A stretch of 63,744 bases of DNA, counting the filler, from Octopus bimaculoides (Eukaryota), in assembly GCF_001194135.2 (NCBI RefSeq). It is 6 parts of 6 records of this genome, joined end to end, with 100 filler letters (N's around TTAATTAATTAA, not from the genome) between each part and the next. Parts side by side here need not be neighbours in the genome. Positions count along the whole stretch, not along the records: positions 62,643 to 63,744 come from NC_068987.1; 5 more parts are not named here. One strand, given 5' to 3'. This document shows positions 63,625 to 63,744 of the stretch, one piece after another (the stretch's first letter is position 1; every line of letters starts with the position of its first letter). The position numbers were made by a program, and so were the translations under genes. A model generated the notes under the pieces. The model did no database searches and was not told where the DNA came from. It was given only the letters and a program-made list of their open reading frames with translations.

Positions 63625-63744
63625 TCGTCGCCCTTTTAAAGCCTAGCCAGGCTCATGGGCCCGGTTTCCAGGTTTCTATGGCGTATGTGTTCCTCCCAGC
63701 TGGACGGGACGCCAGTCTATAGCAGCGCTACTCAAGAAACAGGA
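63625..63744. mobile_element. SINE-like fragment, truncated by the window end
   Basis: CTGGACGGGACGCCAGTC block typical of conserved SINE bodies. Confidence 0.4.

Overview
AT-rich, gap-riddled animal genomic DNA with no recognisable host protein-coding exon. The SINE families, microsatellite load and LINE types look like an octopus genome (inference). The window is almost entirely transposon debris: tRNA-derived SINEs, RTE LINEs, R4/Dong-type RLE LINEs, Tx1/L1 fragments, a decayed Ty3/Gypsy element, a non-autonomous Helitron carrying TTAGGG-like repeats, a mariner remnant, a MITE and several Penelope-like elements (PLEs), three with hammerhead-ribozyme motifs. The standout structure is a ~10 kb imperfect palindrome (about 51320-61180). 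It is centred on two back-to-back PLE copies at about 56400. Each arm carries two tandem RT-less gag-like (CCHC) units; in the left arm each is followed by a frame-conserved small unknown ORF, and the arms share a 337 bp perfectly identical tract. A smaller PLE at 26.4-29 kb has the same inverted-3'-copy design. Five N44-TTAATTAATTAA-N44 gaps and two gap-flanking duplications are probably assembly artefacts. Most boundaries are approximate and all identity estimates are by eye.
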